A stretch of 32,000 nt of DNA, taken from Cuniculiplasma divulgatum (GTDB taxonomy: Archaea; Thermoplasmatota; Thermoplasmata; Thermoplasmatales; Thermoplasmataceae). The position numbers and the translations under genes were made by a program. The notes beneath the pieces were generated by a model, which searched no databases, was not told where the DNA came from, and saw only the letters and a program-made list of their open reading frames with translations. The DNA lies in contig NZ_LT671858.1 of assembly GCF_900083515.1 (NCBI RefSeq), positions 1,860,001 to 1,892,000 on the forward strand. The letters are read 5' to 3'. Shown in pieces: positions 20,541 to 28,725 of this stretch (within the stretch, counting starts at the first letter, position 1; the number at the start of each line of letters is the position of its first letter).

Positions 20541-21695
20541 TCAGTCTCTATCCTGTATTGGGATGTATTTTCTTGGCCCTTTTTCTCCTACGTAAAGTGC
20601 CTTTGGCCTGAATAATCTATTTTCTGTTGAATATTCCAGTGCCCTTGCTACCCATCCTGAAATTCTGCCTGTTGCAAAGATTGGAGTGAAAATCTCAGTT
20701 CTGAACCCCATAGCGTCGTATATAATCCCGGAGTAAAAATCAACATTCGGAAAGATTCCTCTCTCTCCATACTTATTAATCATCAGTTCTTCGATTATTT
20801 GAGCGGTTTTGAATGTTTCGTTTCCTTTCCGTTCTGCAAAATATTCTGCATATCTTTTCAGAATCTTTGCTCTCGGATCGTATACCTTATAGACACGGTG
20901 CCCAAATCCCATCACGCGCTCACCTTTATCAGTCATAACCTTGAGCGCTTTCTCTGCATTTTCTGGCCTTCCTACTGATTGGATCATTTTCAATGCTCTT
21001 TCATTAGCTCCACCGTGCAATGGTCCTTTTAAAGTACCTATGGCAGAGGTGATGGCGGAGTACATATCAGCCATTGTTGATATGGTAACAAGTGCTGAAA
21101 AAGTAGATGCATTCATTCCATGATCTGCGTGAATTATTAGAGCAGTATCCATTATCTTTGATTCAACAGGATCTGGCCTAGCACCAGTGGACATATAAAA
21201 GAAGTTTGAAGCATATCCAAGCTCAGGGTCTGGTTTAATTATTTCCTTACCGGAATATACCCTGTGTATGGCTCCAACTATTGAGGGCATTCTTGCAATA
21301 AGACTTATACCTATCCTTTCCTGATTTTTAGTGGAACTATCAGATTCCATACTGTCCAGCACTGAAAGATATGAAATTACTGTTCTCAGTGCCGACATTG
21401 GATGGGTCCTTCCCCCTATGTTTTTTATTAGTGATAAGACCTCATCCGGAAGTGGCATCTCTTCCCTCAATCTCTTCACATATTCCTCATACTCTCCCCT
21501 TTTCGGAAGATGACCATAAAGAAGAAGATAGGATACCTCTTCATAATTGCTCTGTTCTACAAGACTGTTGATCTCATATCCTCTGTAAAAAAGCTTCCCA
21601 TCAGATCCATTTACATATCCTATTCTGGTCTCTGCTGCTAGTACACCTTCTAATCCCCTTCTCAGTTCTTCCTTTGCTTCACTCCCTTCATTCAT
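20541..21695 (-). CDS. gltA: citrate synthase
   Basis: Contains the GFGHRVYKVYDPRA signature, IIHADHGMNAST and LKGPLHGGANE. The ORF-track start at 21704 is TTG. ATG 21695 sits about 26 nt downstream of an ATAATTTT box. Confidence 0.93.
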   Translation of the reverse strand: MNEGSEAKEELRRGLEGVLAAETRIGYVNGSDGKLFYRGYEINSLVEQSNYEEVSYLLLYGHLPKRGEYEEYVKRLREEMPLPDEVLSLIKNIGGRTHPMSALRTVISYLSVLDSMESDSSTKNQERIGISLIARMPSIVGAIHRVYSGKEIIKPDPELGYASNFFYMSTGARPDPVESKIMDTALIIHADHGMNASTFSALVTISTMADMYSAITSAIGTLKGPLHGGANERALKMIQSVGRPENAEKALKVMTDKGERVMGFGHRVYKVYDPRAKILKRYAEYFAERKGNETFKTAQIIEELMINKYGERGIFPNVDFYSGIIYDAMGFRTEIFTPIFATGRISGWVARALEYSTENRLFRPKALYVGEKGPRKYIPIQDRD

Positions 21696-21899
21696 ATTAC
21701 TCAACCTTTTTTAATGAAAATTATGTTCTTCCCTTGTGAATTCAACACACAGACCTTAATATATGAAAATGGCTAATTAACATTTCTTTGAAAGTAATGC
21801 TTTTCTTTGCATACAATAAGAGTGATTAATTTTACCTTTTTAGTATAATATGAATCTCTTTAGTTCTAATAAAGACATTTCAATATCGAAAGCAATATG

Positions 21900-21918
21900 T
21901 TTATATATCGATATCGAA
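21900..21918 (+). promoter_or_regulatory. TATA box TTTATATA (21900-21907) directly abutting the palindrome TCGATATCGA(A) (21908-21918), the putative PadR promoter and operator
   Basis: Read directly from the sequence. Extra half-sites are ATATCGAA at 21883-21890 and CGATAT at 21923-21928. Confidence 0.5.
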
Positions 21919-21935
21919 TAACCGATATGATAATC

Positions 21936-22364
21936 ATGATGGGAAACATGTTTGGAAAAAGAAGAGATTTGAGGTTTACTATTCTTGCAGTGCTGAGAAG
22001 TGGACCTAAGAACGGTGCTGAGATAATGGATTCTGTGGAAAAAATGACCTTTGGGATGTGGAGACCATCACCTGGATCACTTTACCCGATGCTACAGAAG
22101 ATGGTAGATGAGAATATGATCAAGAAGGAACCTTCAGGAGCTTACAGTCTTACGCAGGAATCTGATAGCTGGTTTGGTATGGGACATATGCATAATCCAT
22201 TTTCCGGAAACTCTCCGAGAAATTATGATGAGGCTGTAGATGAGATCAATGGTCTTGTCAATTTTCTTGAAGATATAAAGGCAAATGGAAGCACAAAATT
22301 GAAGGAAAATAAAGAAGTACTTGATAAGATAGCAGACAGAATAAGGAAACTTACATCTGATTGA
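21936..22364 (+). CDS. PadR-family transcriptional regulator
   Basis: The winged-helix region FTILAVLRSGPKNGAEIMDSV..WRPSPGSLYPMLQKMVDENMI matches the PadR pattern. The longest ORF starts at 21897 but would then encode the TATA and palindrome region. ATG 21927 or 21936 are preferred. Confidence 0.8.
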   Translation: MMGNMFGKRRDLRFTILAVLRSGPKNGAEIMDSVEKMTFGMWRPSPGSLYPMLQKMVDENMIKKEPSGAYSLTQESDSWFGMGHMHNPFSGNSPRNYDEAVDEINGLVNFLEDIKANGSTKLKENKEVLDKIADRIRKLTSD

Positions 22365-22370
22365 GTACAT

Positions 22371-23834
22371 TCAATTATTTTTTATAATTTTTAAAGGTAG
22401 TAAGAGGTCAGGAACCTCATCATTAATATTTATTTTTGTCGGAATTGCTGTTTTTTTATCCAGTATGATGTCGATTATTCGCCAGTCATCCTTGTCCTGT
22501 AATAATGCACAGTTTTTTACATGGAGTTGGTTCTCAAAAAACTTAATCATCTCATTTAAAGGAATTGATCTTCCCCTGTGCAAATAGACAGATTCATTTT
22601 CAATATCCCTCGCAGACATGCTTTCTATGTTGATGTTTGCAATTGTGTAGAACTCTTCCTCGTCTTCATATTTGTCGCAGATGTACATATACGGGATTTT
22701 AAAAACGCCAGATTTTTCTTTGCCACCTGATATGAAATTACTCTGACCAGGTCCATCACCGATGAACTGTTTTGAAATTATGGGAACTGAAACGCCTTCA
22801 TATTCCATTATGGAGAACAGGGAAGACCGTTTCTTTCCCAGAAAACTAACTTCATCCATGTTCCATTGAAAATTTGTTAGGATTATAGATATTTTTTCAA
22901 TTGCTGACTCCCTGAATTCCCTCAACGCTTTGAAACCATGCATATTTAACCAGAGTACAATTCCCTCTTCTGGATCGTTTTTCATTATTATTTTTTCCAG
23001 ATTTTCCCTGAAATTCTCTACCATAATGATTCTCTCTCCCTTTAATATAGGTATCAAGAGTCCTTCGATCACATCTGGACAGGATGTTGGTTCTTTCTGG
23101 ACTGCAAATGCCTGGTTCTTCCTCATTGGAAAGAGGTCCATTGTTAGCTTCAATGCAGAAATTACTTTCTTAAATGTATAATTCAGGAAAGTAAATGATG
23201 AATCTTTTTTCCACTGTATTTCAGATATTGCTATATCTGTGAATATATCAATATGTTCACCTTCCTTAGCTTCATTATAACACATTTCTTCCATTACTGC
23301 TCTCTGTCTGGTCCCCCTTATTCTATAATCATCCATATCTGGATTTCTTTTTGAAATTATTGACCTAAATTCAGAAGAACTGGTCAGTATATTGTAAATA
23401 TTTGATGTTTCATCCCTGTTTATATGGCTGAATAGAGAGTCATAGGTGATTATTCCAGATATTTTTCCGCTTGTTGCTATTTTATCAATCAATTCCAGAG
23501 GCGTTTTTACATCGAGTGGAATTGCACTCACTCCGTTTCTCCACAGTGCGAAATAAGAAAGTAACAGCTGATAGCTAGGTGGGAGAATTATGAGAACTCT
23601 CTGGCCTTTCTTCATTGGAAAATTTTCTATCATGGATGATGCCAGCGATTTTACCATGTCGCTAAACTGTCTATAACTCCACAAATTGTTTCCATAACCT
23701 GCTACAGGGTCGCTTTCAAAATTTTCTACTATGTAGTCAAGGATATCATCCACTGACCTTATCTCTTCAGGATCTATATCGCCCAATGACCTTGTATACA
23801 AATAATTATTAATAACTTTAGTCAATACTGTCAT
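22371..23834 (-). CDS. adenylate-forming enzyme (ANL, acyl-CoA synthetase)-like protein lacking the P-loop; function unknown
   Basis: The N-terminal subdomain aligns to the ANL pattern (WSYRQFSDMVKSLASSM..MKKGQRVLIILPPSYQLLLSYFALWRNGVSAIPLD). At the position of D-x-A-x-x-x-Y-T-S-G-T-T-G-x-P-K-G the sequence reads DIAISEIQWKKDSSFTF. I could not find a recognisable GYGxTE, TGD or C-terminal Lys motif. Confidence 0.55.
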   Translation of the reverse strand: MTVLTKVINNYLYTRSLGDIDPEEIRSVDDILDYIVENFESDPVAGYGNNLWSYRQFSDMVKSLASSMIENFPMKKGQRVLIILPPSYQLLLSYFALWRNGVSAIPLDVKTPLELIDKIATSGKISGIITYDSLFSHINRDETSNIYNILTSSSEFRSIISKRNPDMDDYRIRGTRQRAVMEEMCYNEAKEGEHIDIFTDIAISEIQWKKDSSFTFLNYTFKKVISALKLTMDLFPMRKNQAFAVQKEPTSCPDVIEGLLIPILKGERIIMVENFRENLEKIIMKNDPEEGIVLWLNMHGFKALREFRESAIEKISIILTNFQWNMDEVSFLGKKRSSLFSIMEYEGVSVPIISKQFIGDGPGQSNFISGGKEKSGVFKIPYMYICDKYEDEEEFYTIANINIESMSARDIENESVYLHRGRSIPLNEMIKFFENQLHVKNCALLQDKDDWRIIDIILDKKTAIPTKININDEVPDLLLPLKIIKNN

Positions 23835-23851
23835 TTAACTTTGGAATTTAA

Positions 23852-25264
23852 TTATTCATTACTGATAATGAAGTCATAATATTGTCGAAATGTCCTACCC
23901 ATGCTTCCCAGTAGATCATATGTGTTAAACCAGTATGATCTTTCTTTTTCCACCCTCTCCCCGTTCTTTTTGTTTATAAAAGACCCAAGGACCGCTGCGT
24001 GAAATGGGTCCATGTTCCTTGCCATGAGTCCAGTACATAATCCTGCAAGTATGTCGCCTGTTCCGCCCATTGCCATTCTTGGGCTTCCTCCTTCGCTGAT
24101 AACTGTTTTTTTGCCGTTTGTTATTATATCAGCGGGTCCCTTCAAGAGTATGGTGCAACCATACTTCACACTGAATTTTTCTGCGTTTTCCCTGTTGGCC
24201 TCAGTTCCTGTCAGGACCTCGAATTCATGGCTGTGAGGAGTGAACAGCATATTCTGATTTATCAGGTCTCTATGTTCCGCCATTATATGAATAGCGTCAG
24301 CGTCAAAAACTGCTTTCTTTCCACTTTTACATACTGCTAGAACGACCTTAACTGAATCCTCAGATATTCCCATCCCTGGACCTGTTAGTACTGCATTGCA
24401 TTTTTCCAATTCATTTTTCATATTCAGTGAATTAAAAACTCCTACAATCTGATCCTCTAGTTTGATGGAAAATATTGTTGATGATGCCTTTGGTACCAGC
24501 ATTGTTATGAGGTCTGGAAGTGCATTCTCTGCGGCTCTTGCTGTCATACAGCCTGCACCAGTGAATTTCCATCCTGCCATGATGAGAACTTTTCCGTTCT
24601 GCCCCTTGTGCCCATTTTTCTCGATTTTTGGGAAATATACCATGTCACCTGGACCAGCATAATTAATTTCCCTTTCATCTATACCTATATTTCTTACGTT
24701 GATTGATCCTGAATTTTTCTCGTTCATTCCCTCCTTTACATCTGTAAATGTAACCGTTGCATCAGGAAGAACGCTGTGGGATGTTCCCAGCCCTGATGGA
24801 ACATCTATGGAAATAACTTCTGCCCTGCTTAGATTAATTTCCTCTATAATAGAACTATATGGTTCCTTGACTGGATCCCTTATTCCTGTTCCGAAAATGG
24901 CATCTACAATAATGTCAGACTCCGATATCATCTTCCTTATATCCCCTGTATTTGGATTTTTTATTATTCTATCATTACCGAATTTTTCCATAGCTCTTCT
25001 GGAAAGAGAGCTTACAGAACCATCGCTCCTTGTCATCACTATTAATTTTAGATTATTGTCAGAATCAAGATTGTGGGCAGTGATTATTCCATCTCCACCA
25101 TTATTTCCACTGCCACTAATGACCAGTATATTTCGATTTTTTCCATATTTTTCTGTTATATATTCACTTACTGCTTTTCCAGCGTTCTCCATTAGAATAA
25201 AGAGATCACCGTGATTCCACTTGTAATTGAAATCTATTCTTTTTCCTTCAATGTTTTCCATCAT
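23852..25264 (-). CDS. nnr: bifunctional NAD(P)H-hydrate repair enzyme (epimerase plus ADP-dependent dehydratase)
   Basis: N-terminal YjeF_N motif ISGSGNNGGDG and C-terminal carbohydrate-kinase-like MAMGGTGDILAG. 470 aa. Confidence 0.9.
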   Translation of the reverse strand: MMENIEGKRIDFNYKWNHGDLFILMENAGKAVSEYITEKYGKNRNILVISGSGNNGGDGIITAHNLDSDNNLKLIVMTRSDGSVSSLSRRAMEKFGNDRIIKNPNTGDIRKMISESDIIVDAIFGTGIRDPVKEPYSSIIEEINLSRAEVISIDVPSGLGTSHSVLPDATVTFTDVKEGMNEKNSGSINVRNIGIDEREINYAGPGDMVYFPKIEKNGHKGQNGKVLIMAGWKFTGAGCMTARAAENALPDLITMLVPKASSTIFSIKLEDQIVGVFNSLNMKNELEKCNAVLTGPGMGISEDSVKVVLAVCKSGKKAVFDADAIHIMAEHRDLINQNMLFTPHSHEFEVLTGTEANRENAEKFSVKYGCTILLKGPADIITNGKKTVISEGGSPRMAMGGTGDILAGLCTGLMARNMDPFHAAVLGSFINKKNGERVEKERSYWFNTYDLLGSMGRTFRQYYDFIISNE

Positions 25265-25322
25265 GGCATAATGTAGCCCTTTCTTTTAGAAAAAACTTTA
25301 TGTTTATTCACATGGGATCACC

Positions 25323-26654
25323 ATGGAAGATAAAATCCAAACCAGTCTGGAGAGACTGAGGAAGGAACAGATTGAGTTTTTGTATATGCAGTTCACCGAT
25401 ATTCTGGGAAGAGTGAAAACACTTACTCTTCCGAAGAACAGGTTTGAAGATGCCCTTAATGAAGGGGTTGTCTTTGATGGCAGTTCAGTGGCTGGTTATG
25501 CACAGATAGAAGAATCTGATATGAGAGCTGTTCCTGATCTGGATACATATGCTGTGTATCCCTATAGCAGTCAGGGAAACGCAGCAAGGTACCTGTGCAA
25601 TATCTATAATCCAGATGGTACAAGATTCCCTGGCGATCCGAGATATGTTCTGGAAAGAAATTTGAAGAAGGTCTGGGACAGGGGAATGGAGTTTTATGTT
25701 GGTCCAGAGTTTGAATTTTTCATTTTCAAGAAGAATGAACACGGTGATCCTATTCCTGAACCCAGTGACCACAGTGGGTACTTTGATCACACACCAAATG
25801 ACAGGGCGGCTCAGGTGAGGCTGGAAATACTGACACAGCTAAGAGTCCTTGGATATGAACCAGAGGCGGCTCATCATGAGGTTTCCTTTGGCCAGCATGA
25901 AATAGACTTGAGATACTCAAATGCAATGCTAATGGCTGATAGAATTACTGTGTTAAAAAGTGTCATAAAAAATGCAGCAGAAAACCAGAACCTCTTTGCA
26001 TCCTTTATGCCAAAACCGCTGAATGGCCTGAACGGATCCGGTATGCACATCCACCAGAGTCTAATGGGAAAAGATCAGAAAAAGAACTTCTTTTACGATG
26101 AGAAAGACAAATACGGATTGAGCAAACTTGCCAAGAATTACACTGCCGGTATATTAAAAAATATAAACCAGGGATCAGCCATACTTGCCTCCACCGTAAA
26201 TTCATACAAAAGGCTTATACCTGGATATGAAGCCCCTGTTTATATTTCGTGGGCAAACAAAAACAGGTCAGCCCTCATAAGAGTTCCAGCAGGAGTCAAT
26301 ATGAGGAAAAGGATAGAACTAAGATGCCCGGATCCAGCAGGAAATCCATATTTACAATTTGCAACTGTGCTTGGAATGGGAATGGATGGAGTGGAGAATG
26401 AATATGAACTGCCGGAACCGACAGAGAAAGATATCTTCCATATGGATGCAGAAATGCGCAGGAAAGAAGGAATTGAGTCTATGCCTGAAAGTCTGGGTGA
26501 AGCTATTCACCATCTGAAAGGAAGCAAGCTAATGGAACAGATTCTTGGAAAACATGTCTATCACAACTATCTGACAGTAAAGCAGAAGGAATGGGATGCT
26601 TTCAGATCTCATGTGACAGAGTGGGAATTAAATAGATATCTAGGAACCCTGTGA
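25323..26654 (+). CDS. glnA: glutamine synthetase, type I
   Basis: Contains VFDGSSVAGY, GPEFEFF, NGSGMHIHQSL and NKNRSALIRVP. 443 aa. Confidence 0.95.
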   Translation: MEDKIQTSLERLRKEQIEFLYMQFTDILGRVKTLTLPKNRFEDALNEGVVFDGSSVAGYAQIEESDMRAVPDLDTYAVYPYSSQGNAARYLCNIYNPDGTRFPGDPRYVLERNLKKVWDRGMEFYVGPEFEFFIFKKNEHGDPIPEPSDHSGYFDHTPNDRAAQVRLEILTQLRVLGYEPEAAHHEVSFGQHEIDLRYSNAMLMADRITVLKSVIKNAAENQNLFASFMPKPLNGLNGSGMHIHQSLMGKDQKKNFFYDEKDKYGLSKLAKNYTAGILKNINQGSAILASTVNSYKRLIPGYEAPVYISWANKNRSALIRVPAGVNMRKRIELRCPDPAGNPYLQFATVLGMGMDGVENEYELPEPTEKDIFHMDAEMRRKEGIESMPESLGEAIHHLKGSKLMEQILGKHVYHNYLTVKQKEWDAFRSHVTEWELNRYLGTL

Positions 26655-26674
26655 TTCAGCATCCTAAATTATAA

Positions 26675-26679
26675 TTTTT
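26675..26679 (+). terminator. oligo-T tract 20 nt after the glnA stop
   Basis: TTTTT read directly. This is a weak call because the spacer is generally AT-rich. Confidence 0.25.
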
Positions 26680-26793
26680 AATTAATTGATGTTTAAATCA
26701 ATCCATATTTATAAACAGTCGAAAGGGGTTCAACCACTTCCGATCTGGCATGGGAAAACATGCATGGTTCTTAAGAAAAAGTTATTAATGGTT

Positions 26794-26801
26794 TTTATAT
26801 G
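26794..26801 (+). promoter_or_regulatory. TATA box TTTATATG for the rps19e operon (leaderless geometry)
   Basis: The box centre lies about 26 nt upstream of ATG 26824. The same geometry is seen at ftsZ, pyrF, mrp, gltA and glnA. Confidence 0.55.
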
Positions 26802-26823
26802 CACATTGACTGAGTGATAGTTA

Positions 26824-27276
26824 ATGGTAAATGTTAAAGAGGTTCCTGCTGACCTTTTGATTGAAAAGCTTACTGAGGAATTCAGTAAGAATGATAAGAT
26901 TAAGGTCCCAGAGTGGGCAGAATTCCTTAAATCAGGTGTTCACAGAGAGAAGAGCTGGGTACAGGAAGACTGGTACTACAGAAGACTCGCATCAACACTG
27001 AGGAAAGTGTATGTGAGGGGAAATATAGGTATACAGAGACTTAGCGAAGAGTATGGCGGAAAAAAGGATGGCGGATCCAAGCCCTATCACCCCGCATCTG
27101 GCAGTAGAAGTATAGTGAGACATGTTCTCAACGAACTTCAAGACCTTGGATTACTGGTTAAAAAGGAAACGGGGAGATCCGTATCTCCAGTTGGAGAGGC
27201 AATGCTTCAGAAGGCATCAAAACAGGTAATGGAATCGCTTTCTGAGAAACAGGTAGAATTAAAGAAATATCTTTAG
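26824..27276 (+). CDS. rps19e: 30S ribosomal protein S19e
   Basis: VKEVPADLLIEKL..VPEWAEFLKSGVHRE..EDWYYRRLASTLRKVY..GS.SIVRHVLNELQDLGLL, a typical S19e pattern. 150 aa. Confidence 0.93.
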   Translation: MVNVKEVPADLLIEKLTEEFSKNDKIKVPEWAEFLKSGVHREKSWVQEDWYYRRLASTLRKVYVRGNIGIQRLSEEYGGKKDGGSKPYHPASGSRSIVRHVLNELQDLGLLVKKETGRSVSPVGEAMLQKASKQVMESLSEKQVELKKYL

Positions 27277-27288
27277 AGGCGTATAGGC

Positions 27289-27630
27289 ATGGATTCAGAC
27301 AGGGAGCTTGAAGAGTTAAGAAGGAAAAGAATGGAGGAGATGCAGAGAGCTCAGGGTCAGGAACAGGCCGAAGAAGAGCAAAAAAATGCCCAGGAAGCAG
27401 AAAGGGCCAGAAAGCAGCAGATATTGAGGCAGATTCTTGATATCGCAGCAAGAGAAAGGCTTGCTAATGTCAGGCTCGTAAGACCAGATGTGGCTGAAAA
27501 CGTGGAGAATCAGCTTATTCAGTTGTATGGCATGGGGAGAATCAACAGAGTAATTTCAGATGATGAAATAAAGCAGATACTTGGACGGATGACAGAAACA
27601 AAGAGAGAAACACATATAGAGAGGAGATGA
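27289..27630 (+). CDS. PDCD5/TFAR19-family DNA-binding protein
   Basis: Charged N-terminus followed by [35 protein letters not shown]. It occupies the conserved archaeal position between rps19e and rpl39e. Confidence 0.85.
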   Translation: MDSDRELEELRRKRMEEMQRAQGQEQAEEEQKNAQEAERARKQQILRQILDIAARERLANVRLVRPDVAENVENQLIQLYGMGRINRVISDDEIKQILGRMTETKRETHIERR

Positions 27631-27632
27631 GG

Positions 27633-27788
27633 ATGAGTAGGAATAAGGAAACAGGCAGAAAAATAAGATTAATGAGAAAGGTCAACCAGAACAGGAGAGT
27701 ACCTGGTTGGGTAATAATGAGAACTGATAGAAAGGTAACCCAGAATCCATACAGGAGACACTGGAGAAGAAATAATCTGAAACTTTGA
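27633..27788 (+). CDS. rpl39e: 50S ribosomal protein L39e
   Basis: Absent from the ORF track because it has only 51 codons. The translation is [55 protein letters not shown] lies 7 nt upstream. An alternative in-frame ATG at 27627 overlaps the upstream stop. Confidence 0.85.
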   Translation: MSRNKETGRKIRLMRKVNQNRRVPGWVIMRTDRKVTQNPYRRHWRRNNLKL

Positions 27789-27797
27789 GGGAATGAA

Positions 27798-28067
27798 ATG
27801 GCAGAAGATAGTGTTAATGATGAAATGCTTATGAATATCCCATTGAGAAAAGCCTTTGCCAGCTCCAAGAGGAGAAGGGCAGATACAGCTATTAAGGTAA
27901 TTAGAGAGAATGTTGCAAAATTTACTAAATCAGATATTGAAAACGTTTGGATAGATAGCAAAATTAATGAAGAGATATGGAAGAGAGGAAGGTTCAAAAT
28001 TCCAACCAGCATCCAGGTAAAGGTTCTAAAATTACAAAATGAAGAAATAGAAGTTTTGATGCCATAA
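27798..28067 (+). CDS. rpl31e: 50S ribosomal protein L31e
   Basis: NIPLRKAF..KRRRADTAIKVIRENVAKF..VWIDSKINEEIWKRG pattern. GAGGG lies upstream. Confidence 0.9.
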   Translation: MAEDSVNDEMLMNIPLRKAFASSKRRRADTAIKVIRENVAKFTKSDIENVWIDSKINEEIWKRGRFKIPTSIQVKVLKLQNEEIEVLMP

Positions 28068-28721
28068 ATGATTAAGAAGCTTTCTCTCTTTGAGAACAAT
28101 TATATTGGACTTTATCTACGCACCTGGGATGACATGGTTTTAGTACCATCATCTCTTGAAGATAGTGAAATAGAAGCCATACAGGAATCTCTTCAGGTTG
28201 ATATCAGGAAGAGTCGCATGGATGATTCTGGAATGTATGGAATTTTTTCAGTTATGAATTCCAATGGGATAATAATCAGTGGAATGTATAGAAATAAGGA
28301 TATTGACTTTGATACAGGACAGAGGAATGTGCTCTTCCTGAAAGACATGATAAATGCCGTTGGAAATGATATAGTAGCTAATGATCACGGAGCTATGGTC
28401 CATGAAGATTTTTCCAAAAAAAGTGTTATGGCAATTGAAGATGCACTTGGGGTAGAGACTATTCAGGGAACCATAGGTGGTTTTCCAACGGTTGGTTCCA
28501 GTTCAGTCCTCACAAGCAAGGGCATGATCGTTAATCCAGAAACAACAGATGATGAGATTGAGATTCTAAAAGATTTCTTCAAGGTTTCAGTAAAACTCGG
28601 AACAGCAAACTTTGGAAGTCCAATGGTTGGTTCGAGTATAGTGGCAAATAAAAACGGAATAATTGTTGGGAATGATACTACTTCCATAGAACTGACAGCA
28701 ATAGATGATATACTCTCCTGA
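28068..28721 (+). CDS. eif6: translation initiation factor 6 (aIF6)
   Basis: 217 aa with the pentein-like repeat pattern (NNYIGLYLRTWDDMVLVP, GIFSVMNSNGIIIS, VGNDIVANDHGAMVH, VGSSSVLTSKGMIVNP, VGSSIVANKNGIIVG). The start directly abuts the rpl31e stop. Confidence 0.93.
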   Translation: MIKKLSLFENNYIGLYLRTWDDMVLVPSSLEDSEIEAIQESLQVDIRKSRMDDSGMYGIFSVMNSNGIIISGMYRNKDIDFDTGQRNVLFLKDMINAVGNDIVANDHGAMVHEDFSKKSVMAIEDALGVETIQGTIGGFPTVGSSSVLTSKGMIVNPETTDDEIEILKDFFKVSVKLGTANFGSPMVGSSIVANKNGIIVGNDTTSIELTAIDDILS

Positions 28722-28725
28722 TAAT

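Noticed and set aside
21897-21935. The longest PadR ORF start (MFIYRYRITDMIIMM..)
   Set aside because: This stretch would encode the TATA box and palindrome array, and it adds a non-family-like N-terminus. It is kept only as an alternative, because A/T-rich boxes upstream of 21897 mean it cannot be formally excluded.
24699-25214. 171-aa plus-strand ORF inside nnr, together with 24012-24236 and 24462-24662
   Set aside because: They are antisense shadows of the well-supported nnr gene and show no motifs.
26725-26760. Possible TPP riboswitch fragment (GGGGTTC ... CCGATCTGGCATGGG resembles GGGGUGC ... CCUGAUCUGGAUAAUGCCAGCG)
   Set aside because: The CUGAGA element is absent between the two parts. 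The CTGG...CCAG pairing partner is missing. The context, glnA 3' end to the rps19e promoter, does not fit thiamine genes.
26684-26812. C-box-like TTGATGT and D-box-like CTGA, a possible C/D box sRNA
   Set aside because: The boxes are about 120 nt apart, too far for an archaeal C/D sRNA. The C box is imperfect and no C'/D' pair or terminal stem is present.
27542-28099. 185-aa minus-strand ORF that looks like a Leu/Phe/Ser-rich multi-TM protein
   Set aside because: It is antisense to the purine-rich (GAA/AAG/AGA) coding sequence of the PDCD5-like, rpl39e and rpl31e genes. Its hydrophobicity is the expected complement artefact, and the sense-strand genes are unambiguous.
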